Shown here: positions 19,273 through 30,420 of the stretch, one piece after another
Layout of the letters: every line of letters begins with the position of its first letter
Numbering within the stretch: position 1 is the first letter of the stretch
Virus record (IMG/VR): IMGVR_UViG_3300031993_000019
DNA: 64,000 nt
Origin: a virus
Taxonomy: Duplodnaviria; Caudoviricetes
Strand: one strand, 5' to 3'
Notes under the pieces: generated by a model
Told to the model about the DNA's origin: nothing
Seen by the model: only the letters and a program-made list of their open reading frames with translations
The model's database searches: none
Position numbers and translations under genes: made by a program

Positions 19273-19293
19273 GAGGTTTACGAAAAATTTTTA

Positions 19294-19542
19294 TCAAATC
19301 GAAATATTTTCCATTTTAGCCCTTGTTTCAAGGATGCTTTTATAATCTTCCATAGCATCAAGCTGCCATTCAAGTTGTGCCATAGAGCACGTCGGCTGAA
19401 AACCGAGTTCTCCCATCTTCCACTTGTCCAACATCGACTTCAACTTATTATATCGAATTGCAACCTGATAATACTCAGCCTTAAATCTTTCCTTGTAATC
19501 GGGGCTCAGCATCATCTCAACGGTGTCTTTAAGCTCAATCAT
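19294..19542 (-). CDS. Small conserved phage protein (crAss001_48-like)
   Basis: DYKERFKAEYYQ...QLDAMEDYKSILETRA pattern, recognised from memory. Confidence 0.65.
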   Translation of the reverse strand: MIELKDTVEMMLSPDYKERFKAEYYQVAIRYNKLKSMLDKWKMGELGFQPTCSMAQLEWQLDAMEDYKSILETRAKMENISI

Positions 19543-20131
19543 CTTCTTTCACCTCGCTCTCTTCTGGCGTACCATTCAGACCGTCTTTCAGGTCTACGAA
19601 GTCTGCCTCGGCGCCTTCAACGGTCCAAGGGTCAACGAACTCACCGTTCTCGTTCTTTACAAAGAGGTCGGCAAATAAGTCGAACAACCACCGAGGCTCC
19701 TGCTTGATCTCCTTTGTCTTCTCGTCTTCGTAAAACCTCTGATCTTCCTCAAGAGAAACCAGGCCAGCCATGCTTCCGTCACGAATGAGATGAAATGTAT
19801 CTTCTTTGTGTGCCTCAACCCATTCGACGAACTTTTCGGTCAACTGATCTTTACGGCCAATGATGGCATCGTAATTCAGCTTAGCTTCGGTCCCATCCGG
19901 GAAAAGGTCAACGTTGTCATAATGGTCTACCTTCCCCTGTGTCATATCTTTGATCTCATCATCGGTGATATTTCCGCTCTTCAGTCTCTGAAGTAGGATG
20001 TAGTTTTCAACGTCTTGCTTTGTCACCTTCTGATGGGATGACTTGGTAAGCTTCTTAGCCAAATCTCTCTTGTACTTTCTTCCAGGAACAAACCGCGTGT
20101 TGTTTTCATCCTTATTAATAATAACTTTCAA
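19535..20131 (-). CDS. Hypothetical protein
   Basis: ORF track; likely TTG start at 20131 after GGAGG. Confidence 0.7.
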   Translation of the reverse strand: MKVIINKDENNTRFVPGRKYKRDLAKKLTKSSHQKVTKQDVENYILLQRLKSGNITDDEIKDMTQGKVDHYDNVDLFPDGTEAKLNYDAIIGRKDQLTEKFVEWVEAHKEDTFHLIRDGSMAGLVSLEEDQRFYEDEKTKEIKQEPRWLFDLFADLFVKNENGEFVDPWTVEGAEADFVDLKDGLNGTPEESEVKEDD

Positions 20132-20147
20132 ATCAACTTTCCTCCGT

Positions 20148-20873
20148 TTATTCTTTATCTGCACCCAGAGAGATGCGATAGTTCTCCGGGTAATGCGCCG
20201 ATACACAATCGAAATGACGATATCTGATCAACTTGCCCTTTTCGCCAATCTTCAGAACGCTCTCTACGTGTCGGAACCCAAAGATCGCCGGCGGAACGTG
20301 CGTTACAATATCATTCAGGTTTCTGATCGGGAAAAACGTACGCCATCTCTTCTTTAGTTCTTTGGGCATTTTACCGTAAAATACACGCGGACACCCAAAT
20401 CCAAATCCCTCAATGCCAATCTTGCATGTGCCATTTTCAACATAAAACGACCTAAGATCCGGACGATGAAACCAAACATACTCATGGGCCAGCGTTGCAA
20501 TGGCCGAGCCATGACTATAGCCGACAAGAATAATCTGCTTGACGGACGCATCCATAATGCTATCGGCAACATATGGCTCAATAGACTTCCACACTCTTAA
20601 AAACCCACGATGGCACCTCCATTCAATATCCATGTCCTTATATGGGACAGCGGCAAAATCAAAATTATTCTTCCAGTCTTCTTTTCCGTCTGACCACTGG
20701 AATAAAAGATACAGCGTATTTTCTCTGCGGACAATCGCATAGTCTGCCGAGTTTTCCACGTGAACATACTTTGCCTTCAAGCAAAGATCGTATAACATTA
20801 AAAGATACTCTTTTTCTGTTTTAATTTGAGAAATGCGCTCGTCTAAATACGACAATTCATCAAACTCTTTCAT
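20148..20873 (-). CDS. Class 3 lipase (alpha/beta hydrolase)
   Basis: CHRGF, nucleophile elbow GYSHG, FGCPRV, NDIVTHVPP, SAHY. Confidence 0.88.
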   Translation of the reverse strand: MKEFDELSYLDERISQIKTEKEYLLMLYDLCLKAKYVHVENSADYAIVRRENTLYLLFQWSDGKEDWKNNFDFAAVPYKDMDIEWRCHRGFLRVWKSIEPYVADSIMDASVKQIILVGYSHGSAIATLAHEYVWFHRPDLRSFYVENGTCKIGIEGFGFGCPRVFYGKMPKELKKRWRTFFPIRNLNDIVTHVPPAIFGFRHVESVLKIGEKGKLIRYRHFDCVSAHYPENYRISLGADKE

Positions 20874-20896
20874 ATAGCACCTCCAAATTCATTAGT

Positions 20897-20925
20897 ATTA
20901 TATCATAACAAATTATTTTTGTCAA
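20897..20925 (-). promoter_or_regulatory. sigmaA consensus promoter opening the replication/metabolism region
   Basis: TTGACA-17 nt-TATAAT with extended TGn and an A-rich UP element. Confidence 0.85.
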
Positions 20926-20946
20926 GTATTTTTTAAAAAAAACGAT

Positions 20947-20977
20947 AAAAAAAGAGAGAGGGCGAACCCTCTCTCTT
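20947..20977 (-). terminator. Intrinsic terminator ending the structural transcript
   Basis: AAGAGAGAGGG-TTCG-CCCTCTCTC followed by a T7 tract. Confidence 0.9.
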
Positions 20978-21245
20978 ATGACCATACCGATAATGCTTCT
21001 TGAATTTCATCAAGCCTACTCTCAGAAACATGTAAAACATTTAAGACGCTCAAATAGTCCATAGCCACACCATCAACATCAAACGCTGGTATGCTTGCGA
21101 TCGCATGAGCGTCTGCAAAACGTAAAAGCTCTTCCGGATTGTCTATTTTTTGATATGCGATATCGCGCTCTGCAAATATCATTTCAAACGCCCCGCATCT
21201 TGAACAGCCGGGCACAGAATACATAATAATGTTTTTCATACACAA
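20976..21245 (-). CDS. Glutaredoxin/NrdH-like protein
   Basis: MYSVPGCSRC and cis-Pro motif SIPAF. Confidence 0.75.
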   Translation of the reverse strand: MCMKNIIMYSVPGCSRCGAFEMIFAERDIAYQKIDNPEELLRFADAHAIASIPAFDVDGVAMDYLSVLNVLHVSESRLDEIQEALSVWS

Positions 21246-21252
21246 TCACCCT

Positions 21253-21708
21253 TTAATCAAAGACAATCATATAATATTCATGATCCACGTCGTACTCTTC
21301 AACACGAACATTAACGGCTCCACCGCCAGACGACCCACCATAGTTTGCAAGTTTGTTGATCTGCGTTTTTATATTTTCGATGGCAAGATTGTTTTCAGAC
21401 GACGGTTCGTCTGACTTTTTTGGAGAGCACTTTGCAAAAACAAACGCGTTAGAGAGGCTGCCCCCGATTAAATAAATATAACCACGATCGCCCCTCTTAA
21501 AGTTGTATCTTGATTCGTTTATAACATTATGTATAACATTGCTATGATCATTATCAAGATAAACGTTTAGCGTTTCGTCGTCGTTTACACTCTCAATTTC
21601 ACATATTTTTTCCTTAGAAACCTTCGAGAGGTGTTGGTCTATGATTTTCCTAATTTCCTCTACAAAAAGCTTTGCATTTTCTTTTGTGTTTAAACTCACA
21701 GCCCACAC
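21253..21708 (-). CDS. Hypothetical protein, possibly baseplate/spike related
   Basis: ORF directly after the hub-like gene; function inferred from position only. Confidence 0.55.
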   Translation of the reverse strand: MWAVSLNTKENAKLFVEEIRKIIDQHLSKVSKEKICEIESVNDDETLNVYLDNDHSNVIHNVINESRYNFKRGDRGYIYLIGGSLSNAFVFAKCSPKKSDEPSSENNLAIENIKTQINKLANYGGSSGGGAVNVRVEEYDVDHEYYMIVFD

Positions 21709-21714
21709 CTCCCT

Positions 21715-22965
21715 TTATCTAATGAATGGTAAATTGTTAATATTAGAAACGTTTAACGACATTGTTCCGCCATAATCAATACTGAAAGAAATGCTCTGTA
21801 TTAAAAAGCGATCTCTGCGCAAATTAAAAAATTTGTCTGTATACGTCACAAGGTTATTAACAGACAGCAGAGGATTAAAAAACACGCCGCTAGACAATGT
21901 GCTTTTCGCCACGAGAACCTTGCGCAACTCATAGTCGGCCCTTTCCTGAGCAATAATGTCGGTTGTGATATTCGAATCATTCACGACAATAGTGCGCCGT
22001 CCAATCTTCGATATCGACAACGGAGACATTGGATCATTGTTTTGTGCAGTTGCCCTACATGTATGTCCGTTGATGTTGCCACCAACAACCTGAACGCAGT
22101 TAATAAACGAAGACATATCAAACGAAAAGTTTTCGCTTTGCAGATTTAATATGTCATAATCATACAGCACCGGCTTGTCTCCGTCTGACATCACCTCGAC
22201 AATCGGAACAACAACAAGCGTTCCGGTCGCGTCATAAAAAATTTCTGCCGACAAAATGTCAGCAATCTGACTCAATAACGACTCGATTGTGTCCCCGGGA
22301 GAAAGCGAAATTTTAATCGGCATCTTTTTACCCTTAAATGCAGGGTGATAAAAGATTGGTTTCGGGTCCAGCGGATACCCATTTCCATTGTCAAACGAAA
22401 TGGTATCCTTAATCAAACCTTCAATTTCTGTCCCAACCGGTATTTCTGTGGTTGTGGATAAAACACCACTTTTATCTCCAAACAAACTATACTTGTCCTC
22501 ACAACGGAAAGAGACCGTTTTTGACTCGGCAGACTTTGATATAGACGGTGCGCTTAAAACAAAAACGCCCCTTTGAAACCATATAATCGTATCTTCGCCC
22601 GGGGACTCAACGCCAATATCAAGTCTGACCTTGGTGCCGGCCCACAATTTATCGGGAGACGGATTATACTTTCCGTCATCGTTAAAGACAGAGAAGGAGA
22701 GTGTCCTTCTCTGTCCGGTTTGTTGGTAGTTTTCGTCATATGATCCACCAAGAACAATATCTTCATTTGGTATTGGATACCAAATTGTTTCGTCTTGGTT
22801 TAATACATAAATACGAAAACGGGGGTGAACCGTTGGCAATCCAAGCAGTCTTTTAATATTCTGAATGCTTACATACTTTTCCGCCGACACAACAGACTGT
22901 GCTTCAACAGAATAATATATAGACTCTCCGCTTTTTAAACTAACCTGTCTGCTAATTGTTGGCAT
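21715..22965 (-). CDS. Baseplate hub / tail-tip protein-like
   Basis: RRTLSFS...GVFVL...EIFYDATG...INCVQVVG...AQERADYEL...NPLLSVN pattern and its position. Confidence 0.6.
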   Translation of the reverse strand: MPTISRQVSLKSGESIYYSVEAQSVVSAEKYVSIQNIKRLLGLPTVHPRFRIYVLNQDETIWYPIPNEDIVLGGSYDENYQQTGQRRTLSFSVFNDDGKYNPSPDKLWAGTKVRLDIGVESPGEDTIIWFQRGVFVLSAPSISKSAESKTVSFRCEDKYSLFGDKSGVLSTTTEIPVGTEIEGLIKDTISFDNGNGYPLDPKPIFYHPAFKGKKMPIKISLSPGDTIESLLSQIADILSAEIFYDATGTLVVVPIVEVMSDGDKPVLYDYDILNLQSENFSFDMSSFINCVQVVGGNINGHTCRATAQNNDPMSPLSISKIGRRTIVVNDSNITTDIIAQERADYELRKVLVAKSTLSSGVFFNPLLSVNNLVTYTDKFFNLRRDRFLIQSISFSIDYGGTMSLNVSNINNLPFIR

Positions 22966-22985
22966 ATGCGTTCACCTCCTTATTG

Positions 22986-25900
22986 TTATTGTATCCGTTC
23001 CCACATACGATCTGTGTACGCTGTAGCTCCATCGATCCCCATTAGACTATACGCCATATCGGCCTTTGATGGAGTTTGTGTCGATCCGGAATTGGTAACT
23101 GTAATGTAAACATCAGAAGCCCCATCTTTTGACAACTTCCACGTAGAATCCGGGAAGGAAGCTGAATATCCTATATTCGTATGGAACGCATGCGGATAAA
23201 TATTCGATACAAAATCAGGAATTATAACATTGCTAATTGCTGAGCCTTCAAATGCACCCTCGTAAATAGTATAAGCATTAGAATTTGCTAAATTCAAAAC
23301 ACTTAAATACCTACAGTTTTTAAACGCATTGGCGCCAATCGTATGACCATGTGATAAACTATCTTGACCAGCAATTCTCACACTTTGTAACGCGGCGCTG
23401 TTTTCAAACATACCGTTTGGAACACTGTCACTACTCGTCGAAGTTGCATTTAAATAAATCCTTACATCCTGCAGATTCATCTTGTATTCAAAACTATTAA
23501 TCACATCAACATGCGCATACATGGTTGTCAAACCGATGCACCCATAAAGAGAATCTGTCGACATAGACGTTGTTTGATTCGAGAGACTAAGAAGCCATAA
23601 ATGGGAACATCCACTAAACAGTTTTTCAGGAAGACTGTCTGTAAACCCTGTCAAATCAACAAATTCGACAAATGAATTTGCAAACGCACCAACGCCAACA
23701 GATGTATAGCTTCCAGTAACATTTCGAACAATTGTTCCAGAGAAAGCGTAGTCTCCGATCTGATAGATATTCAACGGAAGGTCTTCGTTGTCATCTCCGT
23801 GCAGTTTTGAGCAATTATAAAAAGCATAATCGCCAACAGAGACTGACGCATTCATAAAATCAATCTCTTCAATCGTAGACCCGGCAAATGCATATTGCGG
23901 AATCTCGTCTACATCGCTATCAAACAATATATCAACAACCTTCGTATAAGAATTAGATTCAAAAATATACAGATTTGCACCACATTGATACAACGGGTTT
24001 GCGTATAAATTGTTGAATGTAATATACGTCCACCCAGACATACCAGACTCTTCGTCTGTATAATACACATCGCTAATTTGTGCACCAAGGAATGCGTTTG
24101 CACCAATCTCTGGATGCCCTTTAATATATAATTTGTTACCTCCTTCGAAAACCCCAATGCGCACACCTAAATTATAAAACGCATATTGTCCTATATGATC
24201 TATACGATCAGAAAGTACAAGACTCTCTACTCCGTCTGTAAAGTAAGTTTCCATATTATAAAACGCATAGTCGCCAATAGACGTTATATACGAAGACTTC
24301 ATGTTGCCAACAGACTCAATGTGGCTACAATTGAAAAACGCATAATCGCCAATAATATTATTATCAGATAAGGTTCCTGGGGTAAACGTGACGCGTGCTA
24401 AAGATTTACAATTATAAAATGCATAATTGTTTACGCTTACGTCTGGAACTTGTAGATTATAAACTTCGTTTTCATTATCACCACTTGTTGTATAATAAAG
24501 CCTGCCCGAAGTACAAATTGGATTAGACAAACCGTCTGTGAATTCAATACCGAACCATCCGTCAATGGATACCATGTCACCATTAACAGTCGCTCCCAAA
24601 TATACAACCTTTGATAACGCGTCGCACTTCGCAAATGCGCCAGATCCAATGGTTAACCCTTGAGATCTGTGTGCAACCTTAACAATGTTAACACTGCTTC
24701 CTCTAAATGCATTTGCTCCAATAGATGTTGTTGTGCTGCTAATTGTCAGACTGGACAACCCGGAATATTCGAAAGCGGAAGTTCCGATTGCATCAACATC
24801 AGACGTGTCAAGGCTGTCAAGAGACCTACAATCGTAAAACGCATAATTTCCAATAGACCAAGAATCCCTGTCTGGATACACCATATTCAAAGAGACAGAT
24901 GACAACTTAATACATCCAGCAAATGTATATTCTAATATTGTTGTATTTTGTCCAGCATTAAGAACAACGGAAGTAAGCTTTTTACAATTTTCAAACACGT
25001 GACTGCCAAGATCATCAAGGCCCGTATCATCGTAATAATACTTAATTTCTACGCTTGTCAAACCACTCATTGAGAACGCATAGTTCCCAATGCTACGAAC
25101 AGAGCCGGGGATGTTAAACTCTATCAACCCACTACATCCATAAAAAGAATAGGCGCCCACAGAAGAACCGATCCATCCTTCCGTGTCAATTGCGTATAAC
25201 TTGCTACATCCGTAAAAGGCGTAATCCGATATATTGTTGTTTGTGCCCAAGACAACAGAGATCCCTTCGGGCAGATACTCGTTTTGCACATCATATCCGC
25301 TTGCACCAAAAATATATCCAAAATGTGTATTTACGCCACCACCGTCACCAACAAACGGTATAGTAATGTCTGAAATGCTTGTACACCCATTAAACGCAGA
25401 ATAACCAATTGATATAACTGTGTTGGGAATAATAATTTCTTCTATGCTGCTACAATTTTTAAATGCGTTGGCATTTATAATAGAAACGCCGTCCATTTCG
25501 ACTATTTCAAGCGATTCACATTCCGCAAACATCCCATCGGAAATATCAACGTTCTTAAGATAAACCCTTTGCAATTTACTACATCCATAAAACAATTCAT
25601 CTTGCGGAGAAAGTACGGATTGATTTGCATCAACCCTTTGGGCGTTATATAGCATGCTGACACTATACAAATATTGATATTTATACAACGCATATTTACT
25701 AGGAAAATATCCTGAACGATCATCTATGTTGTCTGGATCATCACCGCAATCAAGCTCGGTGCACAAATGATATTCACCCATATCTGAATTTTGTTTATAA
25801 ATACGAACACCGCCATTATTCTCTCCTGGTGAAGCAATAATAGGATTGGACGCCTCATTTTCAAAATCGAGCTTACACCACCAATCAAACAAATCCTCTT

Positions 25901-28900
25901 CGACCGGAGGGCCGTCATAGCCGCTATCCGTTGTGTCTGGATATTCAATATATACATCATGAATGTTTGTACATCCATAAAACGCGTTATAGCCAAACCC
26001 ATTAATATATTGTGGATTTTTAATAATAATGCTAACGGCGCCATTTTTACCCAAATACTTGTTTGACGGAATATATCCGTTTTCATCAACGTCCTCTTCT
26101 CCGTTGATAATAATGCTATCGTTTGACTCGTTCTCATAAACAATAATGTTTTTAATGTTTGAGACCTCCACCCAATCAAACGAAATTTGCGTAGGCATAT
26201 CGGTCCACGAATCGTTCGGTTCAACACTGTTGGATAAAATGTGTATTAAGAACATACGACCCTTTTCGTCCTTCATCAATTTATCATTTCCGGAATATAC
26301 AACATCCTTCCATGCGTTAATCATATTTACGGACTCATTAGAGGACAAACCCCTAAACCCAAGAGTATTTGCGTTTACATACACAGGTTTATAGTTAACA
26401 TTTTTATCCGGATATTGCCAACGAGACAATTCTTCTCTATAACCGCCAACATTATAAACGTCGCCATCGGTATTTCTTGTCCAGTATCCTGGTGCAATCT
26501 CCGTTACATTATCGACCTCCACGATTCTTTCTGGAACATATTGATAATGATCTGCACGATAATTTGCCTGAATAATTTCTCTGCCAAGCAACGCCGAAAC
26601 ACTACCAGACATAAAATTCTTTTCGCCGACACTAATCTTTGGATATCCGCCAAGGGTGTCCTGCTGAGACCTTGAAACGTTTTGTACCTGCGCCCCAGAA
26701 GAAACATTATACTTAAATCTCCAAACGTCCTTCGGAGAGGCTGTATACAAGACGATGCGTCCATTTTCAATCTCTTGCGGATCGTGCAGTTCGATAATCG
26801 ACCATCCCATATAATGAACTTCTATATCAAAATTCTGTGCCCATATCTCCCTAGAAACAAAACGATCCGAATTGTTTACAGGAACCATTGCGTCACGACA
26901 AACAAGATATTCATAATGATGACCACTTGCGACGCAATAATCTTTGTATATAACTTCGGAAAGAGCATTTTCGCTAATCAAACACCACGGGCTACTATCC
27001 CCGGAGAACCTATCTCCGTACGCAGATTTAATCTGATCGTCATAATACCAAACCTCGCGCTTATAAATGCGGATCATACTATTTGTAGCATCTTCTGTGT
27101 TTAATAAAGACTCAGACACATTAATCTCAACACACAAATCGTCGTAATTAAAATCAATTGTAGAATTATCATTTTGTGTTGATTGGTCTGAATATTGTGC
27201 ATATAATATGGTATCCTGGCTAAACTTGCCACCATTATTGGTCATAATGGTAGATCTTAAAATATAATATTTTTTATCCTCAAGACCAAAAAAGACAAAA
27301 CGAAGTTTGCCGTCGTATTTTTCACTGCTGCTTGTCACAAATTCTTTTACAACAAACTTATCGAGCATTCGATTTGCGGTATATAAATCCCACTGACAAC
27401 TCTCCCATAAAATATAATCAGCCTGATTATATTCTATTTCTGCAGAAAACGTACGTGTTTTAATTTCATAAAACAGATCTTGGTGTTCTTCGGAAGAAAT
27501 CTCATTGCCCATAGAATCATATACGCGCACCGTAAGAGTGGGATTTTCGGCAAGAGAAAACTCATTATAATCGCTACCTCTATAATTCGAACAAATCTGA
27601 TACTTTGTGTCTACTTTCTTGGCATTTAAATATGTAGACCAGTCAACTCCATCAAATTTATCCTTCACAATAATAAACCAATATTTCGTATTAACCATAC
27701 TAATAGGGGAAAGCTTAATATCTGTATTTTTATCGTCGTCAAATTTTACAATCATATGTGGTTCAATACCGACAAATGGTTTAATATACACAAGCTCTCC
27801 ACCAGGAACCGGATATGGTGCATCCCCAACATAACCATCATCAGAAATTGACTGGTTATAAAAAATAACCCCTGTATAATCCTGTTCTCTATATTGTTTA
27901 TAAATAATTTCTGCGATAGCCGGCTGATCTCCTGCATTTGACGGAACATAAAAAACATTTTGGGATTTAACAACATAGAACCACGTGTTTGACGGAACTG
28001 TAACGCCATTTATTTTAACAGACAAAACCTCTCCTATGGGCTCTGTTGTTTTAATCAAATACATATTGCTTGTTGTGCCAACACTAGTTGGCACCAAATT
28101 ACTATCCGTCGTATTCGTTTTTACCGTATTAAACAGCCTAATTGGTTTTTCGGAAACAAACATAAAAGGTGTTTGGTTTAAAACTCCAGACGTAGAGCCG
28201 ATAGTAATCTCTGCATTGGCGCCGGGTTGAAGCAAAACATCTCCGTCGACTTCGTCTGGCGGCGTAGTCGACCCATTCTCTACATAAACAACCTTGTTTA
28301 GCAACAGCCCCCACGTATTAGCGTCTGTTGTACGATACCAGTTGATTGTAACGTTCCATTTGTTCTCCCCGTCAACCTTTTCTGCAGACGGATCCGGACT
28401 AAAAATACCGTTATAACACGACCCTAGATATTTCCTGTCGTCGCCAGATCCGGAATATGCGCCTCCGGTATACATATGATTAAATATAATGCGCTCTTTA
28501 CCATAAATAGTAATGCTCGGAGCGCCAGAAGGATATCCCTCAAACGGGCGATAACCATTCTCGGACGGATTTGTTGTTGTAGTATAAATCTGCTTCCAAT
28601 GAGATTGTGAAAGATTAGCCGGGGTATCAATCCACCTCCAACGATTATATTCCTCTACATCTGCAAGATCATCCTGAGAAAGAGAGGCATAATAATATAG
28701 GTGCATCGACCAACCGCCTCCCGCAATTAATTGTTCGTGCGTAAACGGCCCGAGCGCATTATTAAGAGTATTAATATAATCACACTGAACGTATACTTCA
28801 AAATATGTGTTTCCGCCAGATTGATATGTGTTGGTTTGCACGCATCTTGCCGACCTCTGAACCCTATTAGAGCCTGCAAAATAAACCGCCCAAACGTTAT

Positions 28901-29909
28901 TTGTATCAAAAGCGTTTGGCATACGTATGGTAATATATCCATTACAATCAATATTCCTACCCTCAGATGTATTATGATCATAATATCTCAAAACAGAATG
29001 CGCAATTTCCATATCAACCGGATAATTAATAATTTCATAAACCTTATCGGACACACCAAGATTTTCAGGGTCATTACCATTTTTATAAATTCTAAAACCA
29101 TTATTCCCAAAGTCAGGTGTAATTTGGTCTTCTGAAAACGCATTATCGCCGGATTGCGACGGATAAATATGACCGTATATATCGTCATAATTTTCTATCA
29201 ACGACCTTACACCGGAATTGATAATTCCGTTATTACCCAACCCCTGATTCCAGTCTTTAGGAGTTGCCGGATTATATTCAAGCAAATCAATGCTTACAGG
29301 TTGAATATGCTTATCAATTAAAACAAGACCGTTCACAAGATCCTCATCGTCAGAAACCAGCGCGGTCTGAATACGCTGACTTGTAGACCCAATAACCTTA
29401 CCGGTAGACACAATCATATCATAATATATTTGGTCCAATGGATACGAAATTGTAGTGGTGCCATTAACCATTTCTTGATATAAAGTAATTTTCCACCTGT
29501 AGGTTTTTCCGTTGCTCAACACAGACTCTGGAGGAGTGTTGCGCGAAAACGTGCCATAATCGTCAATATCCGACTGTGCATCATATATAATCGGGATCTT
29601 TAAATAGCTCCCGTTAATTCCCGTGTTTAAATTTTGATATCCACGCCCATACTGTGAAAATTTATCATCAAAAAACCTTTTTAAATCAACAACGAGCGTG
29701 ATGTTGTCTGTTTGTTCGACGGAGTGTTCGCCGGTCCCACTGTCAGCAGACCAAAGCTTATTATTGTCTTCGTCAAACAACTCTAACGAATATCCGTTTA
29801 CAATGGCATTATTCGTATCTATTTTACATTCTATAAAAATTGGTCTGTCGTTCAAAGCGTCAAAAGAATCTCCGCTAGGAATGCAGTCTGTTGGTTTATA
29901 AACAGCCAT
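22986..29909 (-). CDS. 2307-aa tail protein: beta-rich (Ig/FN3-like) N-terminal region plus about 1000 aa of BspA-type LRRs
   Basis: Many IGxYAFyxCxxL repeats from about aa 1300 onward; located in the tail module. Confidence 0.8.
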   Translation of the reverse strand: MAVYKPTDCIPSGDSFDALNDRPIFIECKIDTNNAIVNGYSLELFDEDNNKLWSADSGTGEHSVEQTDNITLVVDLKRFFDDKFSQYGRGYQNLNTGINGSYLKIPIIYDAQSDIDDYGTFSRNTPPESVLSNGKTYRWKITLYQEMVNGTTTISYPLDQIYYDMIVSTGKVIGSTSQRIQTALVSDDEDLVNGLVLIDKHIQPVSIDLLEYNPATPKDWNQGLGNNGIINSGVRSLIENYDDIYGHIYPSQSGDNAFSEDQITPDFGNNGFRIYKNGNDPENLGVSDKVYEIINYPVDMEIAHSVLRYYDHNTSEGRNIDCNGYITIRMPNAFDTNNVWAVYFAGSNRVQRSARCVQTNTYQSGGNTYFEVYVQCDYINTLNNALGPFTHEQLIAGGGWSMHLYYYASLSQDDLADVEEYNRWRWIDTPANLSQSHWKQIYTTTTNPSENGYRPFEGYPSGAPSITIYGKERIIFNHMYTGGAYSGSGDDRKYLGSCYNGIFSPDPSAEKVDGENKWNVTINWYRTTDANTWGLLLNKVVYVENGSTTPPDEVDGDVLLQPGANAEITIGSTSGVLNQTPFMFVSEKPIRLFNTVKTNTTDSNLVPTSVGTTSNMYLIKTTEPIGEVLSVKINGVTVPSNTWFYVVKSQNVFYVPSNAGDQPAIAEIIYKQYREQDYTGVIFYNQSISDDGYVGDAPYPVPGGELVYIKPFVGIEPHMIVKFDDDKNTDIKLSPISMVNTKYWFIIVKDKFDGVDWSTYLNAKKVDTKYQICSNYRGSDYNEFSLAENPTLTVRVYDSMGNEISSEEHQDLFYEIKTRTFSAEIEYNQADYILWESCQWDLYTANRMLDKFVVKEFVTSSSEKYDGKLRFVFFGLEDKKYYILRSTIMTNNGGKFSQDTILYAQYSDQSTQNDNSTIDFNYDDLCVEINVSESLLNTEDATNSMIRIYKREVWYYDDQIKSAYGDRFSGDSSPWCLISENALSEVIYKDYCVASGHHYEYLVCRDAMVPVNNSDRFVSREIWAQNFDIEVHYMGWSIIELHDPQEIENGRIVLYTASPKDVWRFKYNVSSGAQVQNVSRSQQDTLGGYPKISVGEKNFMSGSVSALLGREIIQANYRADHYQYVPERIVEVDNVTEIAPGYWTRNTDGDVYNVGGYREELSRWQYPDKNVNYKPVYVNANTLGFRGLSSNESVNMINAWKDVVYSGNDKLMKDEKGRMFLIHILSNSVEPNDSWTDMPTQISFDWVEVSNIKNIIVYENESNDSIIINGEEDVDENGYIPSNKYLGKNGAVSIIIKNPQYINGFGYNAFYGCTNIHDVYIEYPDTTDSGYDGPPVEEDLFDWWCKLDFENEASNPIIASPGENNGGVRIYKQNSDMGEYHLCTELDCGDDPDNIDDRSGYFPSKYALYKYQYLYSVSMLYNAQRVDANQSVLSPQDELFYGCSKLQRVYLKNVDISDGMFAECESLEIVEMDGVSIINANAFKNCSSIEEIIIPNTVISIGYSAFNGCTSISDITIPFVGDGGGVNTHFGYIFGASGYDVQNEYLPEGISVVLGTNNNISDYAFYGCSKLYAIDTEGWIGSSVGAYSFYGCSGLIEFNIPGSVRSIGNYAFSMSGLTSVEIKYYYDDTGLDDLGSHVFENCKKLTSVVLNAGQNTTILEYTFAGCIKLSSVSLNMVYPDRDSWSIGNYAFYDCRSLDSLDTSDVDAIGTSAFEYSGLSSLTISSTTTSIGANAFRGSSVNIVKVAHRSQGLTIGSGAFAKCDALSKVVYLGATVNGDMVSIDGWFGIEFTDGLSNPICTSGRLYYTTSGDNENEVYNLQVPDVSVNNYAFYNCKSLARVTFTPGTLSDNNIIGDYAFFNCSHIESVGNMKSSYITSIGDYAFYNMETYFTDGVESLVLSDRIDHIGQYAFYNLGVRIGVFEGGNKLYIKGHPEIGANAFLGAQISDVYYTDEESGMSGWTYITFNNLYANPLYQCGANLYIFESNSYTKVVDILFDSDVDEIPQYAFAGSTIEEIDFMNASVSVGDYAFYNCSKLHGDDNEDLPLNIYQIGDYAFSGTIVRNVTGSYTSVGVGAFANSFVEFVDLTGFTDSLPEKLFSGCSHLWLLSLSNQTTSMSTDSLYGCIGLTTMYAHVDVINSFEYKMNLQDVRIYLNATSTSSDSVPNGMFENSAALQSVRIAGQDSLSHGHTIGANAFKNCRYLSVLNLANSNAYTIYEGAFEGSAISNVIIPDFVSNIYPHAFHTNIGYSASFPDSTWKLSKDGASDVYITVTNSGSTQTPSKADMAYSLMGIDGATAYTDRMWERIQ

Positions 29910-29949
29910 AATTTTTCCTCCCTTTATTCATTGAAATTTAATAGTATAC

Positions 29950-29979
29950 GGGCGGGCGGGAGTTCCAAACCCACCCGCA
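29950..29979 (-). terminator. GC-rich hairpin, probable terminator
   Basis: GCGGGTGGG...CCCGCCCGC directly after a stop codon; weak U tract. Confidence 0.5.
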
Positions 29980-29983
29980 CACC

Positions 29984-30403
29984 TTATTTCTTATTGCTTT
30001 TCTTTTTCTTTTTAGAATAGTTTGTTTTTGGTTTTTGCTGCTGCACCGGCTTTTGAACAATCGGAGCCCCAACACTATCTTCCGAATTAATGTCGTCCGA
30101 TTTGTTTATATGCTCGGCAACCTCTTCAATTTCAACCTCCGGCTCTTTAATAATCTCAATAACCGGAGATTCATAAACGGCCTTGACAACTGGTTCCGCA
30201 ACTACTTCTTCCGGAGTGGGATTACCCACAACGTTTCCAGATACAACGGCCTCTTCTTTGAGCTTTTGTTTCTCAAGCATTCTTGCCTCTTTCTTTTTGG
30301 CGATCATATCTGCGATTCTCTTTTGTTCCTCAAGAGCGCGTTGACGCTGTTTGTTTTCAATCATTTGACGAATTCTCGCCATTTCACAATTTGGACACGG
30401 CAT
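29984..30403 (-). CDS. Hypothetical low-complexity charged protein (N-terminal CPNC)
   Basis: ORF track; fills the space between neighbouring genes. Confidence 0.6.
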   Translation of the reverse strand: MPCPNCEMARIRQMIENKQRQRALEEQKRIADMIAKKKEARMLEKQKLKEEAVVSGNVVGNPTPEEVVAEPVVKAVYESPVIEIIKEPEVEIEEVAEHINKSDDINSEDSVGAPIVQKPVQQQKPKTNYSKKKKKSNKK

Positions 30404-30420
30404 AACAATTCACCGCCCTA

